From Scyliorhinus canicula (taxonomy: Eukaryota): a DNA stretch of 64,000 bases. The translations under genes were made by a program, and so were the position numbers. The stretch covers positions 8,111,196 through 8,175,195 of the forward strand of contig NC_052158.1 in assembly GCF_902713615.1 (NCBI RefSeq), in the 5' to 3' direction. Under the pieces are notes generated by a model. The model ran no database searches. It saw only the letters and a list, made by a program, of their open reading frames with translations, and was not told the origin of the DNA. Positions 36,474 to 50,500 of the stretch are shown piece after piece (within the stretch, counting starts at the first letter, position 1; each line of letters opens with the position of its first letter).

Positions 36474-38474
36474 TCCCTTCTAAAAACTCTGTTGCCTTTT
36501 CCTTGAATGTCCTTACCATCTCAGTGGACTCATTATGACATCTGCCCATGGCATGTAAATACATTGACCACGCGGATTGGGGTCCTCCCCATCATACCCT
36601 TCGCAAGAGCCATTAAACTTTTAATAAACGGGTAATAGATTCTTTATCTGCTGCAGCAGACAAGTATGATTAAGACAAGGTAAACAGCGAAGTGACATTG
36701 AACCATAGATATAGCCCTCCGAAACCCAAGTACAACTGGGGACTCTCTCAGTTGCCTGCAGGTACTCCTCCAACATTGTCAGCTGAGAGGGAGGCAGGCT
36801 GCTGCCCTTTCTGCTCTATGCCTTTTGATGTGTGTGATAGTCAGCCTCTGATTGTCTGAGGCCTTGTGGGTCTCAGAATGCAGCCCACCTCCATTGCAGG
36901 CTCCAGAGTCACCACTGTCATCATGGCTCCCTGAAGCATTGCTATCATCCAGGAGACCATCACACACCCGACTTGCACTTTGTAGATGATGGATCGGCTT
37001 TGGGAGCCGGGGGGGGGTGAATTACTCTACAGCTCTTGTAGTCACAGTATTTCCATGTCTTGTCAAGTTAAGTACCTGCGGTGACCAATGATAACCTGTG
37101 TGATGTTGATGGTGGGGTTTCAGTGATGGTAATGCTGTTGAGTGTCAGGATGTGGTTGACGATCAAGGGTGGGATTCTCCGGTACCCCAGCCGCGTGTTT
37201 CTCAGCAATGCGCCAATCGCTGGCAGCGGGATTCTCTACTCATTGAATCATAGAATTGCTACAGTGCAAAAGGAGGCCATTCAGCCCATTGAGTTTGCAC
37301 TGACCCTTCAAAAGACCATCCTATTTAGGCCCAATTCCCCCCCCCCCTATTCCTGCAACCACACCCTCAGGGCAATTTAGCATGGCCCGTCCACATCTTT
37401 GGACTGTGGGAGGAAACTTGAGCACCTGGAGGAGAAAGTGCGAACTTCACACAGACAGACAACCAAGGCCGGAATTGAACCAGGGTCCCTGGCGCTGTGA
37501 GGCAGTAGTGCTAACCACCATTCGCTGCCAAAGTTCCCCCCTCCACTGGCAAGCTCCCCACTCCTGCACTGATGTGCAAGCACAGCCCGGGCATTTCCCT
37601 CTCTGCCCCCCCCCCCCCCTCCCCCAGGGGCCATACTCACCTTGGTACTCCTAGTGGGATCCCCTCGACTGAATCCCATTATTTTGAAGCTTTTGTAAAC
37701 CCGTTAGTGAGTTTTGAATATTTAGTGATGTGGATTTTAAAAATTATTTCATGGGATGTGAGCGTCACTGGCTGGGATAGCATTTACTGCTTATCCCTAA
37801 TTACCCTTCAATTGAGTGGCTTGCTGGGCCATTTCAGGGAGTATTTAAAAGTCAACCACATTGCTGTGGAGGTCAGGTAAGGACGGCAGATTTCCTTCCC
37901 TAAAGGTCATTACTGAACCATTTGGCTTTTTACAACAATTGACAATGGTTATATGGTCATCATTAGACTTTTAATTCCAGATCTTTTAATTGACATCAAA
38001 TTGCACCATCTTCTGTCGTGGGATTTGAACACGGGAACCTGGAGATTCATTGTCATTGGATTTATAATCCAGTGACAGTACCACTACGCCATTGCCTCTA
38101 ATCTGGCGGGGAGGCCTGTTCATCATCTTAAAATTTATTCAAATACATTTAAATGAGGTTTAATTACATCATCAGCGAGGGACGGGGAAAATCGGGAAAC
38201 AAGTGCCGGGATACACCGGCTGTTGAGATTCACTTTCCCACCTCCAGCACACCTGGTTTTCCCAGCTCCAAGAATGATTTCACGAAAATAGGGACGTGGG
38301 ATATTTTTTTAAAAGTTATTACGAACACAGTGTTAAAATATCTTTACCATTAGACCAGAAAATAGTTTACAATTACCCCTGAAATAGTGCTACTCAATCG
38401 AGTGAATAGACTATCCTTAACTGCTATCTTTATTCCCTCTTAAGCAACAAAAAAAACAATCTCCAGCTCTCAAT

Positions 38475-38974
38475 NNNNNNNNNNNNNNNNNNNNNNNNNN
38501 NNNNNNNNNNNNNNNNNNNNNNNNNNNNNNNNNNNNNNNNNNNNNNNNNNNNNNNNNNNNNNNNNNNNNNNNNNNNNNNNNNNNNNNNNNNNNNNNNNNN
38601 NNNNNNNNNNNNNNNNNNNNNNNNNNNNNNNNNNNNNNNNNNNNNNNNNNNNNNNNNNNNNNNNNNNNNNNNNNNNNNNNNNNNNNNNNNNNNNNNNNNN
38701 NNNNNNNNNNNNNNNNNNNNNNNNNNNNNNNNNNNNNNNNNNNNNNNNNNNNNNNNNNNNNNNNNNNNNNNNNNNNNNNNNNNNNNNNNNNNNNNNNNNN
38801 NNNNNNNNNNNNNNNNNNNNNNNNNNNNNNNNNNNNNNNNNNNNNNNNNNNNNNNNNNNNNNNNNNNNNNNNNNNNNNNNNNNNNNNNNNNNNNNNNNNN
38901 NNNNNNNNNNNNNNNNNNNNNNNNNNNNNNNNNNNNNNNNNNNNNNNNNNNNNNNNNNNNNNNNNNNNNNNNNN
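38475..38974. other. Assembly gap (exactly 500 N; true size unknown)
   Basis: Run of N. Confidence 1.
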
Positions 38975-41900
38975 CCCTCTCCCTCCCCCCTCCTCCCCTC
39001 TCTCCCCCCCCCCGTTCCCCCCCTCTCCCTCCCCCCTCCCCCCTCTCTCCCCCCCCCGTTCCCCCTCTCTTCCTCCCCTCTCTCCCCCCCCCGGGTTGCT
39101 GCTGTTGCTGACCTAGTACCTCATCGTTGAGTCAGAAAGTTGAGGAAAGGTTGCACCTACTAAAGAACCCTTGTACCGACCCCCTCAGGGCGAATTAACC
39201 CTCTCCAGCTGAATGAATCCCGCCATGTCATTAATCCAGGTCTCCACGCTCGGAGGTCTCGCATCCTTCCACTGCAGCAAGATCCTCCGCCGGGTACTAG
39301 GGACGCAAAGGTCAAAACATCGGCCTCTTCGCCTCCTGCACTCCCGGCTCCACCCCAACCCCAAATATCGCGAGACCTCAACCTGGCTTGACCCTGGATC
39401 CCACCACCCTCGACGCCGTCCTCGCCACCCCCTTCCAGAACTCCTCCAGTGCCGGGCATGCCCAGAACATATGGGCATGGTTCGCTGGATCCCCGATCAC
39501 CTGACGCACCTGTCTTCACCCCAAAGAACTACTCATCCTAGATCTGGACATGTGGGCCCGGTACAGCACCTTAAACTGGATGAGACTAAGCCTCCACATG
39601 AAGAGGAGGAGTTCACCCTCTTCAGGTCGTCCGCCATGTCCCCTCCTCAATCTGCTCCCCAAGCTCCACCTCCCACTTAGCCTTCAGCTCCTCTACCAAC
39701 GCCCCCACCTACTGCATTACCTGGTAGATGTCAGACACCTTCCCATCCCGACCCACACCCCCAAAAGCACCCTATCCCTTACCCCACGGGGGCAGCAAAG
39801 GGAACCCCTCCACCTGTCGCCTAGCAAACGCCTTGACCTGAAGGTACCTAAACATATTCCCGGGAGGAGCTCAAACTTCTCCTCCAGTTCACCAAGGCTC
39901 GCGAACCTCCCGTCAATAAACAGGTCTCCCAACTTCCTAATGCCCGCCCTGTGCCAACCCAGGAACCCGCCATCCATGTTCCCTGGGACAAACCGGTGTT
40001 CCCCCTCAGCGGGGCCTCCACCGAGCCCCCACTTCCCCCGTGTCGCCTCCACTGCCCCCAAATTTTGAGGGTAGCCGCCACCACCGGGCTCGTAGTGTAC
40101 CTCTTGGGGGAGTGGCAGTGCCGTTACCAGTGCCTTCAGGCTCGTGCCTCACAGGACGCCATCTCCATCCGTTTCCATGCTGCCCCCTCTCCATCCATTA
40201 CCCACTTATGTACCATCGAGACGTTAGCCGCCCAATAGTACCCAGAGAGGTTGGGCAGCGCCAGCCCCCTCTCCCTGCCCCGCTCCAAAAAGGACCCTCC
40301 TTACCCCTCGGACTCCCCGTGCGCCCAACAAATCCAGAATGCTGCCATTCACCCTCCCTAAAAAGGCCCTCGGAACGAAAATGGGAAGGCACTGAAACAA
40401 AACAAAAAACCTCGGGAGCACCGTCATTTTAACGGACCTGTACTCTACCCGCCAACGACAGCGGCAGCATTGTCCCACCTTTTAAATTCCTCCTCATCTG
40501 CTCCACCAACCTAGTAAAATTGAGCTTGCGCAGAGTCCCCCAGCCTCCTAGCCACCTGAACCCCCAGGTACCTAAACTCCTCACTGCCCTCTTTAGCGGG
40601 AGCCTACCAATCCCCTCCTCCTGATCTCCCGGGTGTACGACAAACAATTCACTCTTGCCCAGGTTCCATTTATATCCCGAGAAACTCCCGAACTCAGCAA
40701 GAATCTCCATCACCTCCGGCATTCCCTCCACCGGGTCTGCTACATACAACAGCAAGTCATCTGCATACAGCGACACTCGGTGCTCCTCCCCACCTCGCAC
40801 CAAACCCCTCCCACCTCCTCGACTCCCTGAGAGCCATGGCAAGAGGCACAATTGCCAGCGCGAAAAGCAAGAGGGACAGGGGGCACCCCTGCCTCGTCCC
40901 ACGGTGGAGCCTAAAGTACTCGGACCTCCTCCCATTTGTCGCTACAGTCGCCACCGGGGCCTCATACAGCAACCTCACCCATTTAATAAACCCCACCCCA
41001 AATCCGAACCTCTCCAACACCTCCCACACGTACCCCCACTCAACCCCTGTCAAAGGCCCTCTCAGCGTCCAATGTCACAACAATCTCCGCCTCTCCTTCT
41101 GCTGCCGGCATCATTATCACATTTAGCAGCCTTCGCACGTTAGTGTTCAGCTGCCTCCCCCTTCACAAAACCCGTCTGATCTTCATGTACCACCCCCGGC
41201 ACCCAGTCCTCTTCTAGTGGCCACGATCTTCGCCAGAAACTTGGCGTCTACATTCAGCCATGAAATCGGCCGTATGATCCGCACTGCAAGGGGTCCTTAT
41301 CACGCTTCAGGATCAGGGAGATTAGCGCCCGAGACATCGTCAGGGGCAGAACACCCTCCTCCCATGCCTTCGTTGAAGGTCCAAACCAACAGGGGGCCCA
41401 ACAGGTCCGCGTATTTCTTATAAATTCAACCGGGAACCCATCCGGTCCTGGCGCCTTCCCCGACTGCATGTGGCCAATCCCACTGACCAGCCTCCAACTC
41501 GATCGGCACCCCCAGTCCCTCCACCTGCTCCTCCTGCACCCTTGGAAATCGGAGCCTGTCCAAAAAACTCTCCATTCCCCCTCCCACCGCCGGCGGCTCC
41601 GACCGGTACAGTTCCCTATAAAAGTCCCTAAAGACCTCTGACCTCTGCCCCTGCCGCACCACATTCCCACCCTATCCTTCACTCCACCAATCTCCCTAGC
41701 CGCGTCCCGCTTGCAAAGCTGATGCACCAGCATCCTGCTCGCCTTCTCTCCATACTCATAGACCGCTCCCTGCGCCTTCCTCCACTGTGTCTCCGCCTTT
41801 CTGATGGTCAATAAATCAAACTTGGCCTGCAAGCTACGCCGCTCCCCCAGCAATCTCTCCTCAGGGGCCTCCGCGTACCTCCTATCCACACTCAACAGCT

Positions 41901-44419
41901 ACTCCACCAGTCTCCCCTTCTCCCTATGGGCTCGGATGGAGATCAGCTCCCCCTAATCACTGCCGTCAGAGCCTCCCACACCATCCCCACCTTGACCTCC
42001 CCAGTATCATTGACCTCGAGGTACCTCTCGATACATCCCCGAACCCTCCTACACACCTCCTCATCAGCCACACAACCCCACGTCCTGACGCCAAAGCGAG
42101 TGCTGGTCCCGCACCTCCCCCATCATCCACATCCACCCAACGCGGAGCATGGTCCGAAATCGCGATAGTCAAATATTCGGCCTCCTCCACCCTCGGGACC
42201 ATGTCCCCTACTCAAAACAAAGAAATCAATATGGGAATAAACCCTGTGCACATGGGAGAAAAGGAGTACACCAGAGCCCTCGGCCCTCCCGACACCTCCA
42301 GGGATCCACTCCTCCATCTGGTCCATAAACCCCCTCAACACCTTGGCCCACTGCCGGCCTCCTGCCTGTCCTTGAACTAGAACGATCCAGTAGGGGATCC
42401 AGCACCGGTTTGAAGTCCCCCACCCACCATGATCAAGCCCCCCACCTCCAGGCCAGGAATGCGGCCCAACATACGCCTCATGAAACCAGCATCATCCCAA
42501 TTTGGGGCGTACAACATTAACCAAACACCCCCTCTCCCCATGCAGGCTTACCGCTCACCATCACATATCTGCCGCCACTATCAGGCACAACCCTCAGATG
42601 CCTCAAACGCCATCCTCTTCCCCACCAGATTCGCCACCCCCCCGGTACTTCGAGTCAAGCCTTGAGTGAAAAACCTGCCCCACCCACCCCTCCTCAGACG
42701 GGACCTGGTCGCACCTTCAGGTGGGTCTCATGAAGCATGGCCAGTCCGCCTTCAGCCCTTCAGATGCGGAAAACACCGGGCCCGGCTAACCGGCCCATTC
42801 AACCCCTCCCGTTCCAACGCAATCAGCAGATCAGGGGGCACCCCGCCCCCCTCGACTAGCCATAGCCCATCGATCTGCTCGCCCCTGGCCAGCACCATTC
42901 GGCCGTTCCCACGGCGATAGAACCTCACCCCGACCCCACTGACCCACACCAACTCCTCCCTGGCCAATCCAGCAGCAACCAGTATCCCCCCCCCCCCTCC
43001 CCCCCAAGGCCCCTCCTAGCCGCGACTCTTCCTCCACTGTACTCCCGTGAGCCAACTAACTTCTGCTGACCCCGCAGCTCCCGCTCTAACTCCGACCCCT
43101 CCCGAAATGAGGTCCCCCCGCCTCCCCCTGCACAGCTCCTTGGCACCGCTTCAGCGCGGGAAACCCGGTCTAATAACCACCCCCTCACCACCCAGCTCCC
43201 ACCCCCCCTCGTCCGCAGCACTGGAAACCAGAGAAAAGCCCGCGCTTTCACACTGCCCCACCCCACCAATGCAGCTCCCAAACCGTAGTCCCCAACCCAA
43301 CCACCAACTCCATACAAACAAAGACACAGATCAACCACAAACCCCAGTACCCCCCTTAGAACACAAACCCATAACCCACATCGTCCGAAAGCGAGAGAAA
43401 AAACAGAAACAACGGAATAACCCGCTACAGCATAAAAAATGATACAAAAATAGAGAAACTCCCACAGCCCCCAATCTCTAGTTCGAGTCCAACTTTTCAG
43501 CCTGCACAAAGGCCCACGCTTCCTCCGGGGACTCAAAATAGTAATGCCGGTCCTTGTAGGTGACCCACAGGTGCACCAGGCGGCAGGATGCCGAACTTCA
43601 CTGCTTTCTGTGGAGCAACCGCTGAGATACGCACTACGAATTCTCCCACTTACTACTCCTCACCTTCTTGGCCCATCGGTGAACACACTCCCGGTCGCTG
43701 AACCGATGGAACCGCACCAGCACGCCCGTGGGGGTTCATTCGCCTTCGGCCGCCTGGCCAGTACTCTATGGGCCCCCTCCAGCTCCAGGAGCAGATGGAA
43801 GGATCCTGCCCCCACCAGCGAGTTCAACATCACGGCCACATAGGCCGGCAGGTCCGACCCCTCCAGCCCCTCCATCGAGGCCCAGGATCCGCAGGTTCTT
43901 CCTCCGTGACCGAAGATCCATCTCCTCGAACCGATTTTGCCACTTTTTTTGAAGCGCCTCGTGTATCTCCACCTTCCCCACGAGGGCCGAAACCTCCTCC
44001 TCGCGCTCAGAGGCCTGCTGCTGCAACTCCAGTATAGCTGCACCCTGGATTGTCTGGGTCTCCAGCAGCTTACTCGTCATCCCTTCAGGGATTCCAACAA
44101 CTCCCCTTTCAGCTCCGTGAAATAGCGCAGAAGGGGCCGCCTGCTGCTCCTCAGCCCACTGCCTCCACTCCTCAGGGGCTCCACCGGCCGCCTTTTGTCC
44201 ACCTTCCCCTGCTTTTCCAGGGGAGCTGCTGCCGTTTTTCTCCTCGCCCCACTTCGAGTCCGCACCATATATCCCGGGGGTTTTGCTCCAGACCCCTTTA
44301 TCCACCGGGAATCGTGAATCAGCGCCATTTGGGGCCCTTAAAAGAGCCCACAAGTCCTATTAAAGCGGGAGCTGCCGTACGTGTGGCTTAGCTCCGCATA
44401 GCCGCAACCGGAAGTCCCC
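38975..44419 (-). mobile_element. Near-full-length L1-clade LINE: 5' UTR starting GGGGACTTCCGG, ORF1 (44268 to ~43478), ~610-bp inter-ORF region, ORF2 EN-RT (42863 to ~39121), G-rich 3' UTR running into the gap; both ORFs frameshifted
   Basis: ORF1 RRKNLRILGL; EN GDF...DR, YSHIDFF, ISDHAP; RT KAPGPDGFP, RGTRQGCPLS, LYADDLLLY, LSLAGRVQ. Confidence 0.93.
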
Positions 44420-47400
44420 AAAAGCGTGATTTTCACACAACGGCATTAACACTGACATCCCCTCTGTCCTAAAATTACTCCTCAGCTGGTTCCAGATCTT
44501 CAACATGGACTGCACCACAGGACTCTCTGAGTATCTGCTTGACACCATCATCACTCCGCCATCATCGTAGCCCTTAAGCTGGACTCTTTACAGGATTCCT
44601 CCTCCATCCTAACCCATTCAACCCCCTCTCCCTCCCACCATCGCCTCACCTTCTCCATGTTCGCCGCCTAATAGTAATGTAGCAGGTTCAACAATGCCAA
44701 CCCCCCCGCTGCCTCTGCTTCTGTAACAAGGTTGTCTTAACCTTCCCTGCCCATACAAAGTGTGAAATAATTGTATCCAGTTTTGAAAAGAAACCGTTCG
44801 GTATGAAGATTGGGAGTGAATGGAATATGAACAGGAACCTCGGCAGAATGTTCATCTTCACCACTTGGACCCTCCCTGCCAAAGTCAAGTGCAGCTTGTC
44901 CCACCTCTTGAGATCCTCCCTTACTTCCTCCAAATTCCATTTGTGAAGTATCGCCCATTCCCTCGCTACCTCAATTCCAGGTTTCTATAACCTGTCACTG
45001 GCCATCTGAATGGCACCCCCCCCCCCCAAATCGGCTTGCTGACCCAACACATTCACCGGGAACACTTCGCTTTTCCCTAAATTCAACTTATACCCCGAGA
45101 ACGTCCCAAGCTTCCCCAACAAGCCCATGATCCTCTCCATGCTCTCCACCGGGTCCAAGTCATATAATTGTAGGTCGTCCTCATAGTCCGACATCGATGC
45201 TCCTTCGTCCCCTCGTAATCCCTCGCCACTCTGCCAACCCCTAAGAGAGATTGCCAGAGGCTCAATAGCCAGCACGAACAGCAGTGGTGACAGCGGGCAC
45301 CCATGTCATTGGTCCACACACTTGGCCTCGGTGCCACATAAAGCAGGCGCACCCATGCCACAAACTTCGGCCCAAATCCAAACCTTCCCAGGGTCTCAAA
45401 CAGGTACCACCATTCCATCCGGTCGAATGCCTTCTCCGCATCCATGGACATCACTACCTTCCGGCACCTGAGCTCTCGATGGGGTCATAATCATATTACC
45501 AGCCTCCTTATATTGCTAGAAAGCTGCCTGCCCTTTACAAAGCCTGTTTTGTCCTCCACAACCACCCCCGCGACACACCCTTCCATCCTTCCACCACCAA
45601 CTTAGCCAGCACTTTCACGTCTGTATTTAACAGCGATATGGGCCTATACAACCCATATTCCAACAGGTTCCTTCCTCTTTTATGGTATTAAGGTGATCGT
45701 TGCCTGTGTCACTATCTCCGGCAACTACCCCCTCTACAATGCCTCATTAAATGCCCCCAAGAGATGTGGTGCCAGGTCCATCACAAACTCCTCATAAAAT
45801 TCTGCTGGGTAGCCATTGGGCCCTGGGGCCTTTCCTGACTCTTAATCCTTATACTTTCCACTACTCTCCCTCAGCCCCAGGGGCCTCCGATCGCGCCAGC
45901 CTCTTCTCTTCCTCTAAACTCTGGAATCATAGAATTTCATAGAATTTACAGTACAGAAGGAGGCCATTCAGCCCATCGAGTCTGCACCGGCCCTCACAAA
46001 GAGCACCCCTACTGAAGCCCACGTAACTCCCCTATCCCCATAACCTAATAAACCCACTTAACATTTTTTGGACACTAAGGGCAATTTAGCATGGCCAATC
46101 CACCTAACCTGCACGTCTTGGACTGTTGGAGGAAACCGGAGCACCCGGAGGAAAACCCATGCAGAGACTGGGAGAACGTGCAGACTCCACACAGATAGTG
46201 ACCCAGCTGGGAATCGAACCTGGGACCCTGGAGCTGTGAAGTATCTGTGCTCACCACTATGCTACCGTGCTGGAAACTCCAGTTCATTTCAGAACCGTCC
46301 CACGTCCCACTCTTTGTCCTCCGAGTCCGCCCTGTACAGCTCCTTGTAGTAATCCCTAAACTCCTCGTTTATATTCCCCAGCTCCGACACCACATCCCTT
46401 GCGCCAGTCCATATCTTCAATATTTCCCTGGATGTGGCCTGCCCCCGTAGCTGATGTGCTAACATTCGACTCGCCTTCTCCCCGTATTCATGCTGCACCC
46501 CCCCCCCCCCCTTGCCCTACCCAGCTGTCCTATCATCCTCCCCGTTGGTAGCCTATCAAATTATCCCCCATCCCTGTAATTTTTTTCTCCTCGCCAATCC
46601 CTTTGTGGTGGGCACCCTCGAGTACTCCCTGATGTGTTGGGTATGCTGGGACAGCGAGGACTGCGTTTACCAGAGCAGGAAGAAAGACAGGCTACCAACA
46701 CTTGTAGAAGTACAACTCTATTTTATTTAACTATGAGCTGTTAAACATACTTGCACTGTAGGTTGACACTATGTTAGGTTGACTGGAGACCTGAGGCTAA
46801 CCTGACCAGACTATACCGCTAGCACATGGTAGATGTTCGTGTTGCTGATCGTGGGCTCTGGCTGTCTCAGAGGCTGCACCTCGAGAGATCGGGAAAACTA
46901 GTGCCCTGTGGCTTTATAGTGGCCGTGTCCTGTCTGGTGATTGGCTGCTGTGTTCTATGTGTTGATTGGTCTTTCAGTGTGTCAGTCAGTGTCCGTCTAT
47001 GCACCACCATATACTTGTGTGCATATTATGGCACTCCCTATCTACCTCCACTATCTCGTTCATTGGACGCTCATATTCCTCCCTCCTTTCCGAATCCGCA
47101 AGTGCTTTGAACAAGTTAACCTCCCCTCGGACCACCACTTTTAGCGCTTCCCAAAAGGTGGCCGCCGACACCTCCCCATTTTAGATTAATTCTACATAGT
47201 CTTTAATCACAGTCCGCACTTTGTCACAAAACCCTCTGTCTGCCAACAATCCCAAATCCACTCCACCCTGGACTCTGCTCCCGACCCGATCTAAGCCAAA
47301 TCTCCAACCAGTTGGGCGCATGGTCCCCGCTACAGTCCCCCATCTTCCCCTTTTGGTTCTCCCCCAGTTAATGTCACCCTGTACATGGCCCTTTCTCCGC

Positions 47401-47580
47401 CCTGACCATAGTTGTTCTCCAACCTCGCCTCATCGGATCACCCTCCCTTCCCCCAACACACTCCACCTTGGCCCCTCCCCCTAAACGGCCACCTCTCTCG
47501 GCCTTCTCCTCATCTCACTTTGTAAAAACAAACTTTTTCTCAGTCTGTTATCAACACTTTTATCTCCCTATTTCTCACCT
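44420..47580 (-). mobile_element. Older L1-clade ORF2 segment, host to the young L1, a SINE (~45925-46272) and a solo LTR
   Basis: FWEALKVVVRGE, EYGEKASRMLAHQL, SMDAEKAFDR, LTLAGRVQVVKMNILP motifs continue across the insertions. Confidence 0.88.
46630..47033 (-). mobile_element. Solo LTR (404 bp), 5-bp TSD CTCCC
   Basis: CTCCC at 46625-46629 and 47034-47038; removing it restores the L1 peptide EIVEVDREYSR. Confidence 0.9.
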
Positions 47581-50500
47581 TTCTTTCCTCTCCTGCTCTG
47601 AAACTGCTGACTTTTGCCGGTTTATATTTTTATAGACAGACAATATTTCAATCTGGTAACGATTTTTCACAGAGTGGTTGACAACCTTTTTACCTGAAGT
47701 GTCTTTTTTTTTTAAAGTTGCCAATAATAAAAACTATTATAGATATGGGATGAAAATTCAGCATTTAAAAAAAATACTGGAAAATTGCAACATGCCTTTG
47801 GTAGAATGTATAATTTGCATTAAAAAGTAACAAAATATATGTACTGAATTCATGTATTAATTGAAAAAAACACAAATTTAAATAGACCTAACTCCGGATT
47901 ATCATGTTTTTTGACGTTCCTTGAAATATCATTTCATCAGTAAAGACATCTTTCAAATAAACTTTAATTTTAAATGCCTTGAATTAAGGCTATTTTTCAG
48001 TAATTCATATTGTGATAAAAAATTCTTCTAATAGCACATAAACGATAATAATAAATGACCTAGACTACACAAGAAACATTGTAACTCGGTTCATCTGGAA
48101 AATACATCCAGTGATTTTCACTGCAGTAAAGAGGCAGGATCACAACACACATCAGAATGAGAATCTGACACTAACAGGAGCTGGTGATTGTCTGACTAAT
48201 TACTGGAAACATATTTGAGCATTCTGATACTAGATATTGTTGGAACATGTATGTGCTGCTGGGATTAGAGTAATCAAATTTTTCTTAATTTAAAAAAAAA
48301 TATTCTTCCTTCTTAACCTGTTAATCTATAATAAGTTTCTGCAATCATGTAAAATCTGTAATTTTAATTTTGTAATCAGGGGTAGAAACAAACTAACGCC
48401 AATATATGTAAAGAAGATTGAGTGACTATTTGGTTCCCCTGTAATTTGTGGTCAAATTGAACTAAAACAAAACAAAAAGACATACAATGCATTAGCTTTG
48501 TTGTCATATTTATAAATAACTGATCATAAAAGATAAAAAATGTAAATGTATTTTAGTAAACTTGTAATCATTCCAAAACCAACATTCATTGTAGTTTGTG
48601 AACATTTTAGCACAAAACTCTTACCACATTCTATGAAAGCTCTCCGAAGTTCCAGCTCTGGAAGATATAAAATCATTACCATATTAGAAACTATAATTTA
48701 ATTCATCAGCTGCTTTCACTGAAATAATTTGAATAGATATGATGATTTTTCAATTAAAGTCACTTTTTACCAGCATATCAAACGTTTATCATCTCTAAGT
48801 GTTTCAGTGATAGACTGTGCTACAGTTCAGGGACTGCAGTGGTATAATGTGGAATTGGTTTATTTCTAGGAAGGGTGAAGCGGGAGGAGGAAGAATAAAT
48901 TAAAACAACAGAACGTTTCTGCACACAAGAAAATACTGAGGAATCTGAAATAAAAACAGAAAATGCTGGGAAATCTCAACAGGGTGGGCAGCATCTCGAG
49001 AGAGAGAACACAGATAACATTTTGAGTCTGGATGACTTTTCTCCAGAGCTCTGAAGAAGAGTCAGACAGTCTCGGAATTTAACTCTATTTTCTCTCTCCA
49101 CAGATGCTGCCAGAACTTTTATGGATTTGGAAAGAAAGGATAATGTTTGAAAAAGAAAATGAAATAGTACACGCAGTACTATTAAAAGTCTACTTAAAAA
49201 GTAGACAATAAAACATGAGTTGCTATAAAAATACAACAAAAAGAAAATGCAGGGAGTGCATCAGTCATTGGAGGGTCATGATCCTGAAAATGAGGGAAAG
49301 ACACCAGGAAATAATATATCAAGAACTGGGAGACAGGTGAGGATAATAGATGAGAATTAACAGCTTACAGATGAAGAATTTCTTCATCTATCTGTGGTAA
49401 AATTATGGAATTAAATGTGAAACACCAAGCAGGCCTTATAAAAGATAAAGATAAGAGAATAAAGATTATGGAGTATCAGGAAATGGTCAATATGATACCT
49501 GAATTGTCTCTGCCAATTCTTGCAAGTAAAGATTGTGGGAAAATTTCAAATGCAGTCTAACTAAAACAGGCACAATATATTATGCGATACAAATTGTAAT
49601 CAAGTAGGAAATAAGTAACAAAACAGATGAAGCCCTATTTAATATTATAGGGAGCTTCAGCATCATTGGCTGCCCGCGTGTGAGGGTGCTGTTTATGCCC
49701 TTTGTCTTCATGTGGCTGAGAAGGCTGATTCTCAACCTGCAGATCTTTGGAACCATGGGACAGGATGTCCCCTAATGGGATGCCGAGTGCTGTATTTGCT
49801 TCTTTTCCTTTACCTCCCCTGCTCTTATCACAAAGGGATACAAAGCACGATGAAGTTTGATGGATAAGTTGTTGCCATTCTGACAGGATTGGTACCAAGC
49901 TCCTCTCTGTAATTAAGATCAAAGACCCTCCCACCAGACTCCCATCAGAGCCCCCCACCCTCAATCAGTCACTCCTGCTTAGAACTAAAGAGCACTTCAG
50001 GCAGGGACAGTGAAAAGAATCACTGTCTTTTCACTCACCGATCCCTTACAGCTGGTGCCTCAGGCAGATGTTGAGAAAATAGCAACTGTGACTTCAGAGA
50101 GAGGAAAAACAACATCACAAGGCTTTAAGCCCCCTCAGAACCTTTGATCTGCAAGAATCATGGAATTATAGAATCCCGACAGTTCAGAAGGAGGCCATTC
50201 GCCCCATCAAGTCTCACCAACCCTCTGAAAGAACACCCGACTGAGACCCAAATCCCACACTATCCCTGTAACCCCACCTAGGGCCAATTTAGCAGAACCA
50301 ATCCACCTAACCTGGACATCTTTGGAGAGGAATAGCTTTTACGAGGCTGTAACATCTGGATTGTTTATTTTAATTTCCCTTTAGCTTCAATAAATCTCTA
50401 GCAATCTTTGTAAAAATCGAGAGTTAAGTGCTTTCACATCCTCTTTTTCTCAGTAGATTGTACCTAACTGCTTTCGGTGTGGTCATGAGCTGTCAATCAT

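Noticed and set aside
47636-47655. Possible extra BTN micro-exon
   Set aside because: 20 nt, not phase-symmetric, weak donor GTAACG.
48739-48830. C-box ATGATGA suggesting a C/D snoRNA
   Set aside because: No properly placed CTGA D box or terminal stem.
49635-49964. 109-aa minus-strand ORF
   Set aside because: Non-ATG start spanning a putative intron; no recognisable domain.
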